A stretch of 64,000 nt of DNA from an uncultured delta proteobacterium. GTDB lineage: Bacteria; Myxococcota; Myxococcia; SLRQ01. The notes beneath the pieces were generated by a model, which worked only from the letters and a program-made list of their open reading frames with translations, was not told the DNA's origin and ran no database searches. A program made the translations under genes and the position numbers. Numbering within the stretch: the first letter of the stretch is position 1; each line of letters begins with the position of its first letter. The stretch covers positions 128,001 to 192,000 of the forward strand of contig CAVSGM010000009.1 of assembly GCA_963727485.1 (NCBI GenBank), in the 5' to 3' direction. Shown here in pieces: positions 1-11,909 of this stretch.

Positions 1-1884
1 AGGCCTCCTCGGGCAGCGGCAGCAGCGCCTCGTCGGCCTCGACCCCCACCCCCCGGGGCATCCGCCGATCCGCCGACTGCATCGCCGCCTCGAGGGGCGA
101 GAGATCGTGGATCGCCCGGCGCACCGACTCGGGGGTGATGCCGTGCTCGAGGTTGTACGCCGCCTGCTTCTCCCGGCGCCGGTCGGTCTCGTCGATGGCC
201 TGGCGCATGGAGTCGGTGACCCGGTCGGCGTACATCAGCACCTTGCCCTCGACGTGCCGCGCCGCCCGGCCGGTGGTCTGGATGAGGCTGGTGGCGCTGC
301 GCAGGTAGCCCTCCTTGTCGGCGTCGAGGATGGCCACCAGCGACACCTCCGGGAGGTCGAGGCCCTCGCGGAGCAGGTTGATGCCCACCAGCACGTCGAA
401 CTCGCCCCGGCGCAGGTCCCGGAGGATGGCGGTGCGCTCGATGGTCTCGATGTCGGCGTGGAGGTAGCGGACCTTCACCCCCACCTCGGCGTAGTACTCG
501 GTGAGATCCTCGGCCATGCGCTTGGTCAGGGTGGTCACCAGGACCCGCTCGTTCCGCGACGCCCGGACCCGGATCTCCTCGAGCAGGTCGTCGACCTGCT
601 CGGCCACCGGCCTCACCTCGATCTGGGGATCGATGAGCCCGGTGGGCCGGATGACCTGCTCCACCACCACGCCCTCGCTGCGGTCGAGCTCGTACTTCGC
701 CGGGGTCGCCGAGACGAAGACCACCTGGTTGATGATGGCCTCCCACTCGGCGAACTTCAGGGGCCGGTTGTCCAGGGCGGACGGCAGGCGGAAGCCGTAG
801 TCGACCAGCGTCGTCTTCCGGGACCGGTCGCCCAGGTACATGGCGCCCACCTGGGGCACCGTCTGGTGCGACTCGTCGACGATGAGGAGGAAGTCCTTGG
901 GGAAGTACTCCATCAGGGTCGGCGGCGGGTCCCCGGGGCGTCGGCCCGAGAGCCACCGGGAGTAGTTCTCGATGCCCGGGCAGTAGCCCATCTGCTCGAT
1001 CATCTCGAGGTCGAACATGGTGCGCTGCTCGAGGCGCTGGGCCTCGAGGAGCTTGCCCTCGTCGCGCAGCTGCCCGAGGCGCTCCCGGAGCTCGTCCTGG
1101 ATCCCCTTGACCGCGAGGCGCCGCCGCTCGGGCGCGGTGACGTAGTGCGAGCCCGGGAAGATGTGGACCTTGTCGAGCTCGGCGAGGACCTTGCCCCGGA
1201 GCGGGTCCACCTCGACGATCCGGTCGACCTCGTCCCCGAAGAACTCGATGCGCAGGGCCCGGTCCTCCTCGTACATGGGGAAGACCTCGACCACGTCGCC
1301 CCGGGCCCGGAAGGTGCCGCGGTGGAAATCCAGGTCGTTGCGCTCGTACTGGATCTCGACCAGGTCGCGCAGGAGCTGGTCCCGGCGGATCTCCTGGCCC
1401 CGGGCCACCTGCACCGCCATCCCGAAGTAGGCCTCGGCGGTGCCCAGGCCGTAGATGCAGGAGACGCTGGCGACGATGAGGACGTCGTTTCTGGTGAGCA
1501 GCGAGTGGGTCGCCGCGTGGCGCAGCCGGTCGATCTCGTCGTTGATGGACGCGTCCTTCTCGATATACGTGTCGCTCGAGGGGACGTAGGCCTCCGGCTG
1601 GTAGTAGTCGTAGTAGGAGACGAAGTACTCCACGGCGTTGTCGGGGAAGAGCTCCCTGAACTCGCCGTAGAGCTGGGCCGCCAGGGTCTTGTTGTGGGCC
1701 ATGACCAGGGTCGGCCGGTTCGTGGCGGCGACCACGTGGGCCATGGTGAAGGTCTTGCCGGTGCCGGTGGCCCCCAGGAGCACCTGGGCCCGGTCGCCCC
1801 GGCTCACCCCGGCGATGAGCTCCTGAATCGCCTGGGGCTGGTCGCCCCGGGGCGTGAACTCGCTGACCAGTCGGAAGTCGGGCA

Positions 1885-1885
<1 letters not shown>
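1..1885 (-). CDS. uvrB: Excinuclease ABC subunit B (3' end runs off the window)
   Basis: Minus strand reads [20 protein letters not shown]...[10 protein letters not shown]...[11 protein letters not shown]...[11 protein letters not shown]. The + strand ORF 107..1888 is its antisense shadow. Confidence 0.97.
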
Positions 1886-3372
<1,487 letters not shown>

Positions 3373-3516
3373 GGTGGAGGGACTGTTAGCATGGGGGGTC
3401 GAGGGCCGAAAGGCCGGGCCGCTTCTCGCCACAACCTCGCGAAACCGCTACACTCACCGTGGTACCGGCGCGCCCGCGCGCCAGGGCCGCCCCACCCCAT
3501 CCCCGATGTCCCGACC

Positions 3517-5581
3517 ATGTCCTCGAAGCACGACGGCACGAGCCAGGCCCCGCACCTGAGGGTCATCCACGGGGGAGACGAGGGTGAGGACGAGGAGATC
3601 CTCGAGGACGGGTTCCACGTCATCGACGATGACGACGCGCCCATGTCGGACCCCTGGCTGAAGGCCGGCGGCGACCCGTCGGTCACCGATCCCCCGGGGG
3701 TCCTGGTCGACACCGATCCCACGGTCCTCGAGGACGACCTGTCCCTGCCCCCGCTCCGGGACCGGCACGAGGAGACCAAGCCCGAGATCCCGCAGCAGGC
3801 CCTCGACGCCCGCCGGCGCGGGGCGCGGCCCGCGCCCGAGGAGCTCGCCACCGAGCCCGGGCCCGAGGAGATGGCCACCGTCCCCCGGGCGCCCATGCCC
3901 GAACCCCGGGGCGCCGTCGCCGCCAGCAGCGCCCTGCCCAGCGCCCAGCTCCGGATCCTCGAGGGACCCGAGGTGGGGACCACCTTCGCGCTGACCGAGC
4001 CGGTGGTCACCGTGGGGCGCTCCAGCGAGTGCCAGGTGACCCTCCGGGACCTCTCCATGTCCCGGAAGCACGCGGAGATCCGCCGGGCCGGTCGCCGGGC
4101 CTTCGAGATCCGCGACCTCGACAGCCGGAACGGCACCACCGTCGACGGGCGGCCGGCCAGGACCTGGATCGCCGCCGCCCCCGGGGCGATCGTCCAGGTG
4201 GGCGACGTCCGCCTGCGCCTCGAGGTCGAGGACCTCTCCGAGCCCACCCTCCTGCGCCCCGGTGGCCTCGCCGCCGGGCCCCTCGAATCCGCCCCTGCCG
4301 CCGCCCCCGGCGCCGAGCCCCCGACCCCGGACGAGCGCCCCGGCGCCCCGGACCCCGGCGCCTCCCCGGCCGGCCCCGCGGGTCCCGGCCCCACGGACCC
4401 CGGCGCCCCGGTCGTCGCCTTCACCCCGGTCGCCGTCCCGGCCCCGGACCCCGGCTCACCCCGCCGCCGGCGCCTCCCGCGGCGGCCCCGCCGCGACCGC
4501 CACCCCGGCGGCCCTGGGGACCCTGGCCAAGGGGGCCCTCGCCGTGGCCCTCGGCGCCGGGATCTCCTGGCTGCTGGCCTGGCTGGTGTTCTTCGCCTCC
4601 TTCGCGCCCCTGCGCTCCGGGACCCCGGCGCCGGTGGCCACCGGCCCCTCGCCCACCGCGGCCCTCGCCGGCCACGGGGCCCACGCCCGGGCCACGCCCC
4701 CGACCCGGGCCACGCCCCCGACCCGGGCCGCGCCCCCCGCCGTGGCCCCCACCGCCGCCGCCAGCGCCCTCGCCGCGGCCCAGGCCGCCGTGTCCCGCCA
4801 GGACTGGGTGGTCGCGGTCCACGAGGCCCGCCTGGTCCCCCAGGCGGCCCCGGAGCACCCCGCCGCCGCGGAGATCCTCCACTCGGTGCGCGAGGACGTG
4901 GTCGACCCCCGCCTCGACAAGGCCCGGGGCCAGATCGCCGGCCACCACCCGGACGCCGCCGAGGAGACGCTCCTCTCGACCCTGGTCATCTGGCCCAACG
5001 AGAAGACCGCCGAGACCCTCCTGGCCAAGGCCCGGGCCGACGAGCGGGCGGCCCAGGCGCCCCCCCCCAAGCCCCACCCGGTGGCCCACCCGCGCACCCG
5101 GCACCACCGGGCCCGCCACCACCGCACCCGGCACGTGGCCCGCCAGGCGCCGCCCCCGGCCCCGGACGACGGTGGCCTGCTGCGCAAGGCCCGGGAGGCC
5201 TTCGCCACCAAGCACCTCCACAGCGCCATCGCCGCCGCCGACGCCGCCGCGGACCTCGGGGGCACCACGGCCCGGAAGCTCGACAGCGACCTCCACCACT
5301 TCGAGTCGAGCTGGAACACCGCCAGCCGCACCCGGGACATCAACACCGCCCTGGCCTCCTACACCGAGGCCCTCTACCGGGCGAAGCACATCGCCCCCCC
5401 GAGCGGCGGCGACTACGGCATCGCCATCCGCCGGGCCCTGGGCCAGGCCCACTACGTCGCCGGCCTCCAGGCCCAGAAGGCCGGGCGGAACCAGCTGGCG
5501 ATCAGCCACGCCCAGAAGGCCCTGGGCTACGACCCGAACAACCGGGGCGCCCGGTCCCTCCTCCACGCCCTGATGCGCTAG
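3517..5581 (+). CDS. FHA-domain membrane protein with C-terminal TPR-like region, apparently frameshifted near 4445-4520
   Basis: One frame gives an acidic N-terminus plus FHA (VGRS...SRKHA...DLDSRNGT). The next frame gives a TM helix (GALAVALGAGISWLLAWLVFF) and a helical TPR-like tail ending at TAG 5581. Confidence 0.7.
4686..4735 (+). repeat. 18-bp tandem repeat (about 2.5 copies) encoding RATPPT
   Basis: cccgggccacgcccccga repeated in tandem within the Pro/Ala-rich linker. Confidence 0.75.
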
Positions 5582-5603
5582 CCCCCGCCGGCGCGCCGGC
5601 CCC

Positions 5604-6299
5604 CTAGCGCTTGAGCACCAGGCGCCGGCCGAGGAGGAAGAGGTTGAAGAGCGCGATGAGCCCGAGGACCACCAGCACCGTCGGGTAGAGCCAGTGCTGC
5701 CGGGGCCGCTCGCCGGAGAGGACCATCCAGGTGGGCTCCCGGAAGTCGAAGCCGCGCTCGGCGTAGAAGTGCTTGATGTTGGCGTACTCGCGGCTCCGGT
5801 CGATGTCGACCAGCCGCCCGCTCCCGTCGAAGACCGACCAGACCCCGGTCGACCCCGCGTGCTTCTTGGCGAGCTTCTGGCGCACGAAGACCCGGCTCCC
5901 CAGGAGGTAGTAGACCTCGTACTGGTCGCCGAACTGCCGGTAGGTGACCTTGAGGACGCTGGGGATGCCCCGGACCTTCACGAAGGTGTTGGCGCGGGCC
6001 TGGGAGAGGTTGGCGGTCTCGGCCTTGCCCAGGTCGATGGGCGTGGTGGGCGCGAGGAAGTACCGGACGTCGGGCATCAGGCTCCAGGCGAGCCACCCGC
6101 AGGCGGCCACCAGGACCACCATCAATAGGGGGCTGCGCCAGGTGCTCGGCTGGCGCCGACCCACGCGGTTCACGTCGTCACTGAAGCTCGGCCCGGCGGG
6201 CCCCGGGTCGGCGCCGGGGGCGGACGGGCCGTCGGGCTTGCCGTCGAAGAAGTCCTGCTCCGGATCGGGGGCGGGCTTGGGTGTCTCGTCGGTGGTCAT
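5604..6299 (-). CDS. Hypothetical membrane protein (two TM segments)
   Basis: Typical GC3-rich codon usage; hydrophobic segments near both ends; lies directly downstream of cdnL. Confidence 0.8.
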   Translation of the reverse strand: MTTDETPKPAPDPEQDFFDGKPDGPSAPGADPGPAGPSFSDDVNRVGRRQPSTWRSPLLMVVLVAACGWLAWSLMPDVRYFLAPTTPIDLGKAETANLSQARANTFVKVRGIPSVLKVTYRQFGDQYEVYYLLGSRVFVRQKLAKKHAGSTGVWSVFDGSGRLVDIDRSREYANIKHFYAERGFDFREPTWMVLSGERPRQHWLYPTVLVVLGLIALFNLFLLGRRLVLKR

Positions 6300-6406
6300 C
6301 GGCTGGCCCTCCTCTGCCCGGTCGCTCGAAGGCCCGGACGCTCGAAAGCCGGAACCGCGCGGGGCGGTTCCGGCTTCCCTGGCGCGCCCCGGCGGGGGCG
6401 GATCCG

Positions 6407-6898
6407 TCAGGCGTGGGCGAAGATCTTCTCGAAGTCCTTCTCGATCTGCTCCTCGTCGCAGTTCTGGCTGATGGCCAGCTCCTTGATGAGGAGGGCGCGG
6501 GCGGTGTCGAACATCTTGCGCTCGCCGAAGGACAGGTCCTTGTCGAACTTGAGGACGTAGAGGTCGCGCAGCACCTCGGCGATCTCGAAGACGTCGCCGG
6601 TCTTGATCTTCTCCATGTACTCCCGGTACCGGCGGTTCCAGGTGGTGGCGTCGACGGAGACGTCGCGCTTCTTGAGGATCTTGTAGACCTGCTTCGCCTG
6701 GTCCTTGTCGATGACGTCCCGGAGGCCCACCGAGTTCACCTTGTTGATGGGGATCATGATGCGCATCCCGTTCTCGAGGATGCGGAGCACGTAGAAGCTC
6801 TGGCGCTGGCCCATGATCTCCTTGTGCTCGATGCCCATGACCTCGCCGACGCCCTGGCCCGGGTAGACGGCCTTGTCACCAACCTTGAAGGTCTGCAT
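6407..6898 (-). CDS. cdnL: CarD-family RNA polymerase-binding factor CdnL
   Basis: MQTFKVGDKAVYPGQGVGEV...ENGMRIMIP...VGLR...WNRRYREY: CarD_CdnL signature with the conserved Trp; 163 aa. Confidence 0.95.
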   Translation of the reverse strand: MQTFKVGDKAVYPGQGVGEVMGIEHKEIMGQRQSFYVLRILENGMRIMIPINKVNSVGLRDVIDKDQAKQVYKILKKRDVSVDATTWNRRYREYMEKIKTGDVFEIAEVLRDLYVLKFDKDLSFGERKMFDTARALLIKELAISQNCDEEQIEKDFEKIFAHA

Positions 6899-7050
6899 GG
6901 ATGGGTAGCTCCTCGCCGTGGGACGGTCGGGCCTCATGCGCGGCACCGACGACCGGACCTGTGCCCCCGGCCCCCCCACGCCGCGGGCGTTGGGACCTGG
7001 AACACGGAACGTCCGGTGTTGAAAACAAATACAATCGCCGTAGAAAAGCC

Positions 7051-7080
7051 AGGGTAGCACGAGGACTGGCAGGAAATCAA
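7051..7080 (-). promoter_or_regulatory. Putative sigma70-type promoter of cdnL
   Basis: Minus strand TTGATT-N18-TACCCT with TG extension, in an AT-richer intergenic region. Confidence 0.45.
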
Positions 7081-7107
7081 GCCCCAATGTAGGCGTTGCA
7101 CACACCC

Positions 7108-7123
7108 CGGCACGGCTCCTGCA
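7108..7123 (+). promoter_or_regulatory. Possible sigma54 -24/-12 promoter upstream of comEC
   Basis: CGGCAC-GGCTC-CTGCA, with correct GG-N10-GC spacing. Confidence 0.35.
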
Positions 7124-7139
7124 ACTCGGACGCGGCGAC

Positions 7140-9710
7140 GTGCATTCCCCCCGCCCCGCCCTCGCCGCCGCCCCCTGCCTGTGGCTGGGGATCCTCCTGG
7201 CCCGGGCCCTGGGTCCCCCCGCCGGAGCCGGGGGCGGCCTCTCGGGCGCGGGCCCGGACGCCCTGGTCCTCCTCGGCGTCGCGGGGGTCGCCGCCGCCGT
7301 CGTCGCCGCCCTCCGCCCGGCCCCACCGGTGGGCCTCGCGGGCCTCGCCGTCGCCGGGGCCCTCGCCGGGGTCGCCCTGGGCCTCCTCCGCCCGGCGCCC
7401 GGACCGGCCCGCCACATTCCGGACCGCCCGGGGGCGTGCACCTTCACCGGCCGGGTGAGGACGACGCGGGCCGCCGGCGACGGCACCTCGGTGGAGCTCG
7501 ACGTCGGGCGCCTCGACGGCCGGCCCGCGCGCTTCGGCGCCCGGGTCTGGGTGCCCCCTGGGGGCCCGGTGGTGGTCCCCGGGGACGTGGTCTGGGCCCA
7601 AGGCGCCCTCTGGGCCCCGGATCCGCCCCTGAACCCCGGCGCCCCGGACCTCCGCCCGCGCCTCGCCCGGGCCGGCGTCGGCCGCCTCGGCCGGGTCCGG
7701 GGCCTGGTGGTCCTCTCCGCCGGGCCCGCGGGGGTGGCCCGGCGCCTGGCCCTCGCCCGCCTCCGGGTCCGCGCCGCCTGCCGCCGGGTGACCCGGGACC
7801 CCGCGGTCGCCGGGGTCCTCCAGGCCCTGTCCCTCGGGGGGTCGTCGGCGGTGCCCTCCCCGGTCCGCGACGCCTTCGCCCGGGCGGGCCTCGCCCACCT
7901 CCTGGCGGTCTCGGGCCTCCACCTGGGGCTGGTGGCGGTGCTCCTCTTCGCCGGGATCCGCCGGGCGGTCCTGGGCCTCCCCTGGCGCCCCGTCGCCCGC
8001 CGGGCCAACGACGTCGCCGCCCTCGTCGCCGCCCCGGCGGTGGGCTTCCTGGTGGCCTGGGTGGGCCGCCCGCCCTCGGCGGCCCGGGCCGGGCTCATGG
8101 CCCTGGTCCTCCTCGGCGCCGTCGCCGCCGGCCGCCGGCGCGACGGGTGGACCGCCCTGGCCCTCGCCGCCCTGGCCCTGGCCGCCGCCGCCCCGGACCT
8201 CCTCTTCCGCCCGGGCTTCCAGCTCTCCTTCGCCGCGGTCGCCGGCCTCCTCGCCTACCTGCCCCACCTCCCGGTCCCGGCCCCGGGCGGCGGCTGGGCC
8301 CGGCGCCTCCTGCGATCCGTCGCGGGCACCGCCGGGGCCACCCTCGCCGCCTCCCTGGCCACCGCGCCGCTGTGCGCCCTCCACTTCGGACGGGTGGCCC
8401 TCACCGGCACCCTGGCCAACCTCGTCGCCGTGCCCCTGGCGGGCCTCCTGGTCCCGGCGGTGGCCGGCGCCGCCACCGCCACCGCCTGGCTCGGCGCCGC
8501 CGCGGATCCCCTGTGGGCGCCGGCCCGGTGGCTCGCCCGGGCCCTGGTCGAGGTGGCCCGCACCGGCGCCCACCTGCCCCTGGCGTCGGTGGCCGTGCCG
8601 CCGCCGGGGCCTCTGGCCCTCGCCGCCTGCGCGGTGCTCCTGGTCGCCCTCGCCCGCCCCGGCGCCCGGCGGGGGACGCGCCTCGCCCTCGCCGCCGGCC
8701 TCGCCGTGCTCCTGGTCGCCGCCCCGCACCTGGGCCGGCGCCGGCCGCCGCCGGCCCCCCTGGCCGCCTACTTCCTCGACGTGGGCCACGGCGACGCCAT
8801 CCTCCTGCGCAGCCGCGCCGGCGACGTCCTGGTCGACGCCGGGGGCGACCCCAGCGGGCGCTACGACGTCGGCGCGCGCATCGTGGTCCCGGCCCTCCGG
8901 GCCCTCGGGGTGCGCCGCCTCGCCGCGGTCTTCGTCACCCACCCCCACCCGGACCACTACCGGGGGGTCGCCGCGGTGGCCCGGGCCTTCCCGGTGGGCG
9001 CCCTCTACGTCACCGGCGAGGCCCTCGACGGCCGCGGCCCCTACGCCCGGATGGTCGCCGGCCTCCGGCGCCGGGGGATCCCGCTCCGCATCGCCTGCCG
9101 GGCCCCGCTCCCGGACCTCGCCCCGGCGCGCCTCACCTGCCTCCACCCCTTCTCCGACTGGCCCGCCGGCACCTGGGACCCCCTCGAGGAGCCCAACGAC
9201 AACAGCATCGTCCTCCGGGTGGCCCTCGGCAGGGTGTCGCTGCTGCTCACCGGCGACATCCAGCACCGCACCGAGGCCAGGCTCCTCCGGAGCCACCCGG
9301 CCGAGCTCGCGGCGACGGTGGTCAAGGCGCCCCACCACGGGAGCCGGACCTCGTCGACCCGGGCCTTCGTCGCCGCCACCGGGGCCCGCTACGTGGTCTT
9401 CACCGTCGCCCCCCGGTCCCACTTCCACTTCCCGGCGGCGGCGGTGGTCCGCAGGTGGCGCGCCGCCGGGGCCCGGACCTTCCGCACCGGCGTCGACGGT
9501 GCGGTGCGGGTGCTCACCGATGGCCGGCGGGTGCAGGTGGAGTCGATGCGGGCGGGGTGGCGGCCCTGGCCGGCGCCGGCGTCGCCTCCGGCCCCTGGAA
9601 CACCAGCCTCGCGAACCGCCGCACGTTGTGGAAGTCGGGGATCACCGGCGGCGAGTACGCCATCCCCAGCTCCGAGGTGCGCCCGGGGTGCTCGAGGCGG
9701 TAGAGGTTGA
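7140..9710 (+). CDS. comEC: DNA internalization competence protein ComEC/Rec2
   Basis: HLLAVSGLH competence motif; C-terminal MBL domain (DVGHGDA, THPHPDH, NDNSIV, LLTGD, HHGS). Confidence 0.93.
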   Translation: MHSPRPALAAAPCLWLGILLARALGPPAGAGGGLSGAGPDALVLLGVAGVAAAVVAALRPAPPVGLAGLAVAGALAGVALGLLRPAPGPARHIPDRPGACTFTGRVRTTRAAGDGTSVELDVGRLDGRPARFGARVWVPPGGPVVVPGDVVWAQGALWAPDPPLNPGAPDLRPRLARAGVGRLGRVRGLVVLSAGPAGVARRLALARLRVRAACRRVTRDPAVAGVLQALSLGGSSAVPSPVRDAFARAGLAHLLAVSGLHLGLVAVLLFAGIRRAVLGLPWRPVARRANDVAALVAAPAVGFLVAWVGRPPSAARAGLMALVLLGAVAAGRRRDGWTALALAALALAAAAPDLLFRPGFQLSFAAVAGLLAYLPHLPVPAPGGGWARRLLRSVAGTAGATLAASLATAPLCALHFGRVALTGTLANLVAVPLAGLLVPAVAGAATATAWLGAAADPLWAPARWLARALVEVARTGAHLPLASVAVPPPGPLALAACAVLLVALARPGARRGTRLALAAGLAVLLVAAPHLGRRRPPPAPLAAYFLDVGHGDAILLRSRAGDVLVDAGGDPSGRYDVGARIVVPALRALGVRRLAAVFVTHPHPDHYRGVAAVARAFPVGALYVTGEALDGRGPYARMVAGLRRRGIPLRIACRAPLPDLAPARLTCLHPFSDWPAGTWDPLEEPNDNSIVLRVALGRVSLLLTGDIQHRTEARLLRSHPAELAATVVKAPHHGSRTSSTRAFVAATGARYVVFTVAPRSHFHFPAAAVVRRWRAAGARTFRTGVDGAVRVLTDGRRVQVESMRAGWRPWPAPASPPAPGTPASRTAARCGSRGSPAASTPSPAPRCARGARGGRG

Positions 9711-10830
9711 AGCGCCACAGGTCGCCCGGGTGCGGGGGCACGTGGCGGACGTCGTAGAGCGTGGCGATGGGGATGGCCATCTCGGCGGTGTAGCCCCGGT
9801 CGGTGTCCGACCTGTCGTTGAGGGTCCCCTCCACGTGGACCTTCGCCACCATCTTCGACGACCAGGCGAGGTCCATGCCCTGGCGCGGGCCCTCGAAGCG
9901 GGCGTCGAAGACGTGGCCGGTGGGGGCGAGCTCGATCTCGTTGTAGGTGCGCCCGTCGGCGTTCCCGTCGAGGAAGATCTCCACGGCCTCCTCCTTGTAG
10001 AGGGGGTCGTCGTCGTGGGTGTAGCTGGACCAGACGTCGGGGTCCTCGACGTCCCAGGCCACGTAGAGGTGGGCGTCGTCCCAGAGGAGGCGGGCGGTGG
10101 TGCGCAGGGCCGCCTTGCCCCGGCCGTCGCTGCGGACCAGGTCCACCGCCGGGGCCTGCTTCCACACCGGGTCGTCGATGCGGCCGTCGATCTTCGGGGG
10201 CGTCGCCGTGTAGGGCACCGTGTAGGTGGGCAGGGGCAGCGCGCCCCCGGCGATGGGGAGGGTGGCGGCGCGGATCCGGTTGGCGCCGTCGCCCGCGCCC
10301 CGGCGGTCCACGGGCATCCGCCCGGTGACCCGGTAGAGCCCCACGTGGATCTGGAGGCTGGGGTCGAGCCAGGTGCGCGGGAGGGCGAAGCGATGGACGT
10401 CGGCGTAGACCTTCCCGACCTGCCACCGCGAGGTGGGCCAGAGGCCGTCGACGGACCAGCCGTCGGCGCCGAGGGTGACCCGGCTGACCCCCGGCGGCGA
10501 CACGTGGACGAAGACCTTCCAGTCGTGGGCCACCTGGCGCAGGGCCTCCCAGTAGAAGGTCACCGACACCGCGGCGCCGCGGCGGGGCGGGCTCGGGTCC
10601 ACCGAGAGGCCCAGGTAGCGGATGCGCCCGCCGCCGAGGGTCACCGGGCCCCCCGGGGGCGTGACCAGGCCCGCCGGGGCGTGGGCCAGGGTGTGGGCGG
10701 CGACCTCGGCCTGCTGGGCCCGGGTGAGGTGCTCGGGCGGGGGCCTCGGGGCGCTCGGGTCCCGGCAGCCGGCGAGGGCGAAAAGGGCGGCGAGGGCCAG
10801 GGGGCCGAGGCGGCGGGCGCGGGTGGGCAT
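9514..10830 (-). CDS. Lipoprotein with carbohydrate-binding family 9-like (DOMON) domain
   Basis: Lipobox LAGC; IDGRIDDPVW, LLWDDAHLYVA, EAVEIFLD, YTAEMAIP and WRFNLYR motifs. Confidence 0.8.
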   Translation of the reverse strand: MPTRARRLGPLALAALFALAGCRDPSAPRPPPEHLTRAQQAEVAAHTLAHAPAGLVTPPGGPVTLGGGRIRYLGLSVDPSPPRRGAAVSVTFYWEALRQVAHDWKVFVHVSPPGVSRVTLGADGWSVDGLWPTSRWQVGKVYADVHRFALPRTWLDPSLQIHVGLYRVTGRMPVDRRGAGDGANRIRAATLPIAGGALPLPTYTVPYTATPPKIDGRIDDPVWKQAPAVDLVRSDGRGKAALRTTARLLWDDAHLYVAWDVEDPDVWSSYTHDDDPLYKEEAVEIFLDGNADGRTYNEIELAPTGHVFDARFEGPRQGMDLAWSSKMVAKVHVEGTLNDRSDTDRGYTAEMAIPIATLYDVRHVPPHPGDLWRFNLYRLEHPGRTSELGMAYSPPVIPDFHNVRRFARLVFQGPEATPAPARAATPPASTPPAPAGHR

Positions 10831-11003
10831 GGCCCGCATGGAAGCGCGCCGGCGGCGTGGGCGCAAGGGGCCGGGCATCGTGGCCGGCCCGGCCCCTGGA
10901 CGGCCGGTCCGCGTGTCGGACCGCCGGAAGCCGGGGCCCTCGGCGGAGGCCCGGCCTCGACGGGCGTCCCGGCTCCGGCACGGCCCTTGCGACGCCCCGG
11001 ACC

Positions 11004-11753
11004 ATGGCCCGCACCCCCACCCTCGTCGCCGACCCCACCCCCGAGGGCCTCGCCCGCCTCCGCCGCGCCCTGGCCCTCGACGACGCCTACGGCCTCGACG
11101 GTGCCCTCGGCGACGTCCTCCTCACGGTGCCCCCGAGCCGGGCCGGGCGCCTCCGGGTCGACGGCCGGCGCCTCCCCGCCGGCACCCGGGCCCTCCTCGG
11201 CGGCGAGCGCCTGCGCCACGGCCGCCGCCGCCTCCACCTGCGGGCCCCGCCCCGGACCGCGGCCCCCTCGGGGACCCGGACCCTCGCCCGGGCGGCCCTG
11301 TCCCGGGGCTTCATCGGCGACGTGGTCCCCGGGCCCTGCCTCGCGGTCCTCGAGGGCCCGTCGGCCGGGCGGCGCTGGCCCCTGGCGCCGGGCGCCCACC
11401 GCCTGGGCCGGGGCCTCGACGCGGACATCGTGGTGGTCGACCCCGCCGTCTCCCGGCACCACGGCGTGGTGGAGGTCGACGCCGCCGGCCGGGTGCGCCT
11501 CCGGGACGCCGGGAGCCGCAACGGCGTCCGGGTGGGCCGCCGGCGCCTGCGCGGTTGGCGGGCGCTGAAGGGCGGCGAGGAGCTAATCCTCGGCCGGACG
11601 CGGCTGCGGTACCTGCCGGGGCCGGCGACCCGGGGGCCGGTCTCCGCGAAGGCAGGATCGCCCCGAGGACCCGGAGACGGCCTCTGGCTCGCCGCCGCCG
11701 CCGGCCTCCTGGTGGGCGGGGCCCTGGTTTCGGCGGCGGTCCTGGCCGGGTGA
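11004..11753 (+). CDS. FHA-domain protein with C-terminal TM anchor
   Basis: LGRG...DPAVSRHH...DAGSRNGV FHA motifs; hydrophobic C-terminus. Confidence 0.8.
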   Translation: MARTPTLVADPTPEGLARLRRALALDDAYGLDGALGDVLLTVPPSRAGRLRVDGRRLPAGTRALLGGERLRHGRRRLHLRAPPRTAAPSGTRTLARAALSRGFIGDVVPGPCLAVLEGPSAGRRWPLAPGAHRLGRGLDADIVVVDPAVSRHHGVVEVDAAGRVRLRDAGSRNGVRVGRRRLRGWRALKGGEELILGRTRLRYLPGPATRGPVSAKAGSPRGPGDGLWLAAAAGLLVGGALVSAAVLAG

Positions 11754-11909
11754 GCCAGGGCCGGCGCGCGCCCCATGCCGACGCGCCATCGGTGGCCCCG
11801 CGCCAGCGACGGGAGGGCAGGTGCCTCCGGGAAGCTTCGTCCCTACTGTCGGGATACGCTTGGGAACTGTCTGCCGGACGTCGAGATCCAGGCCAGGGGG
11901 GCCGCCGAG

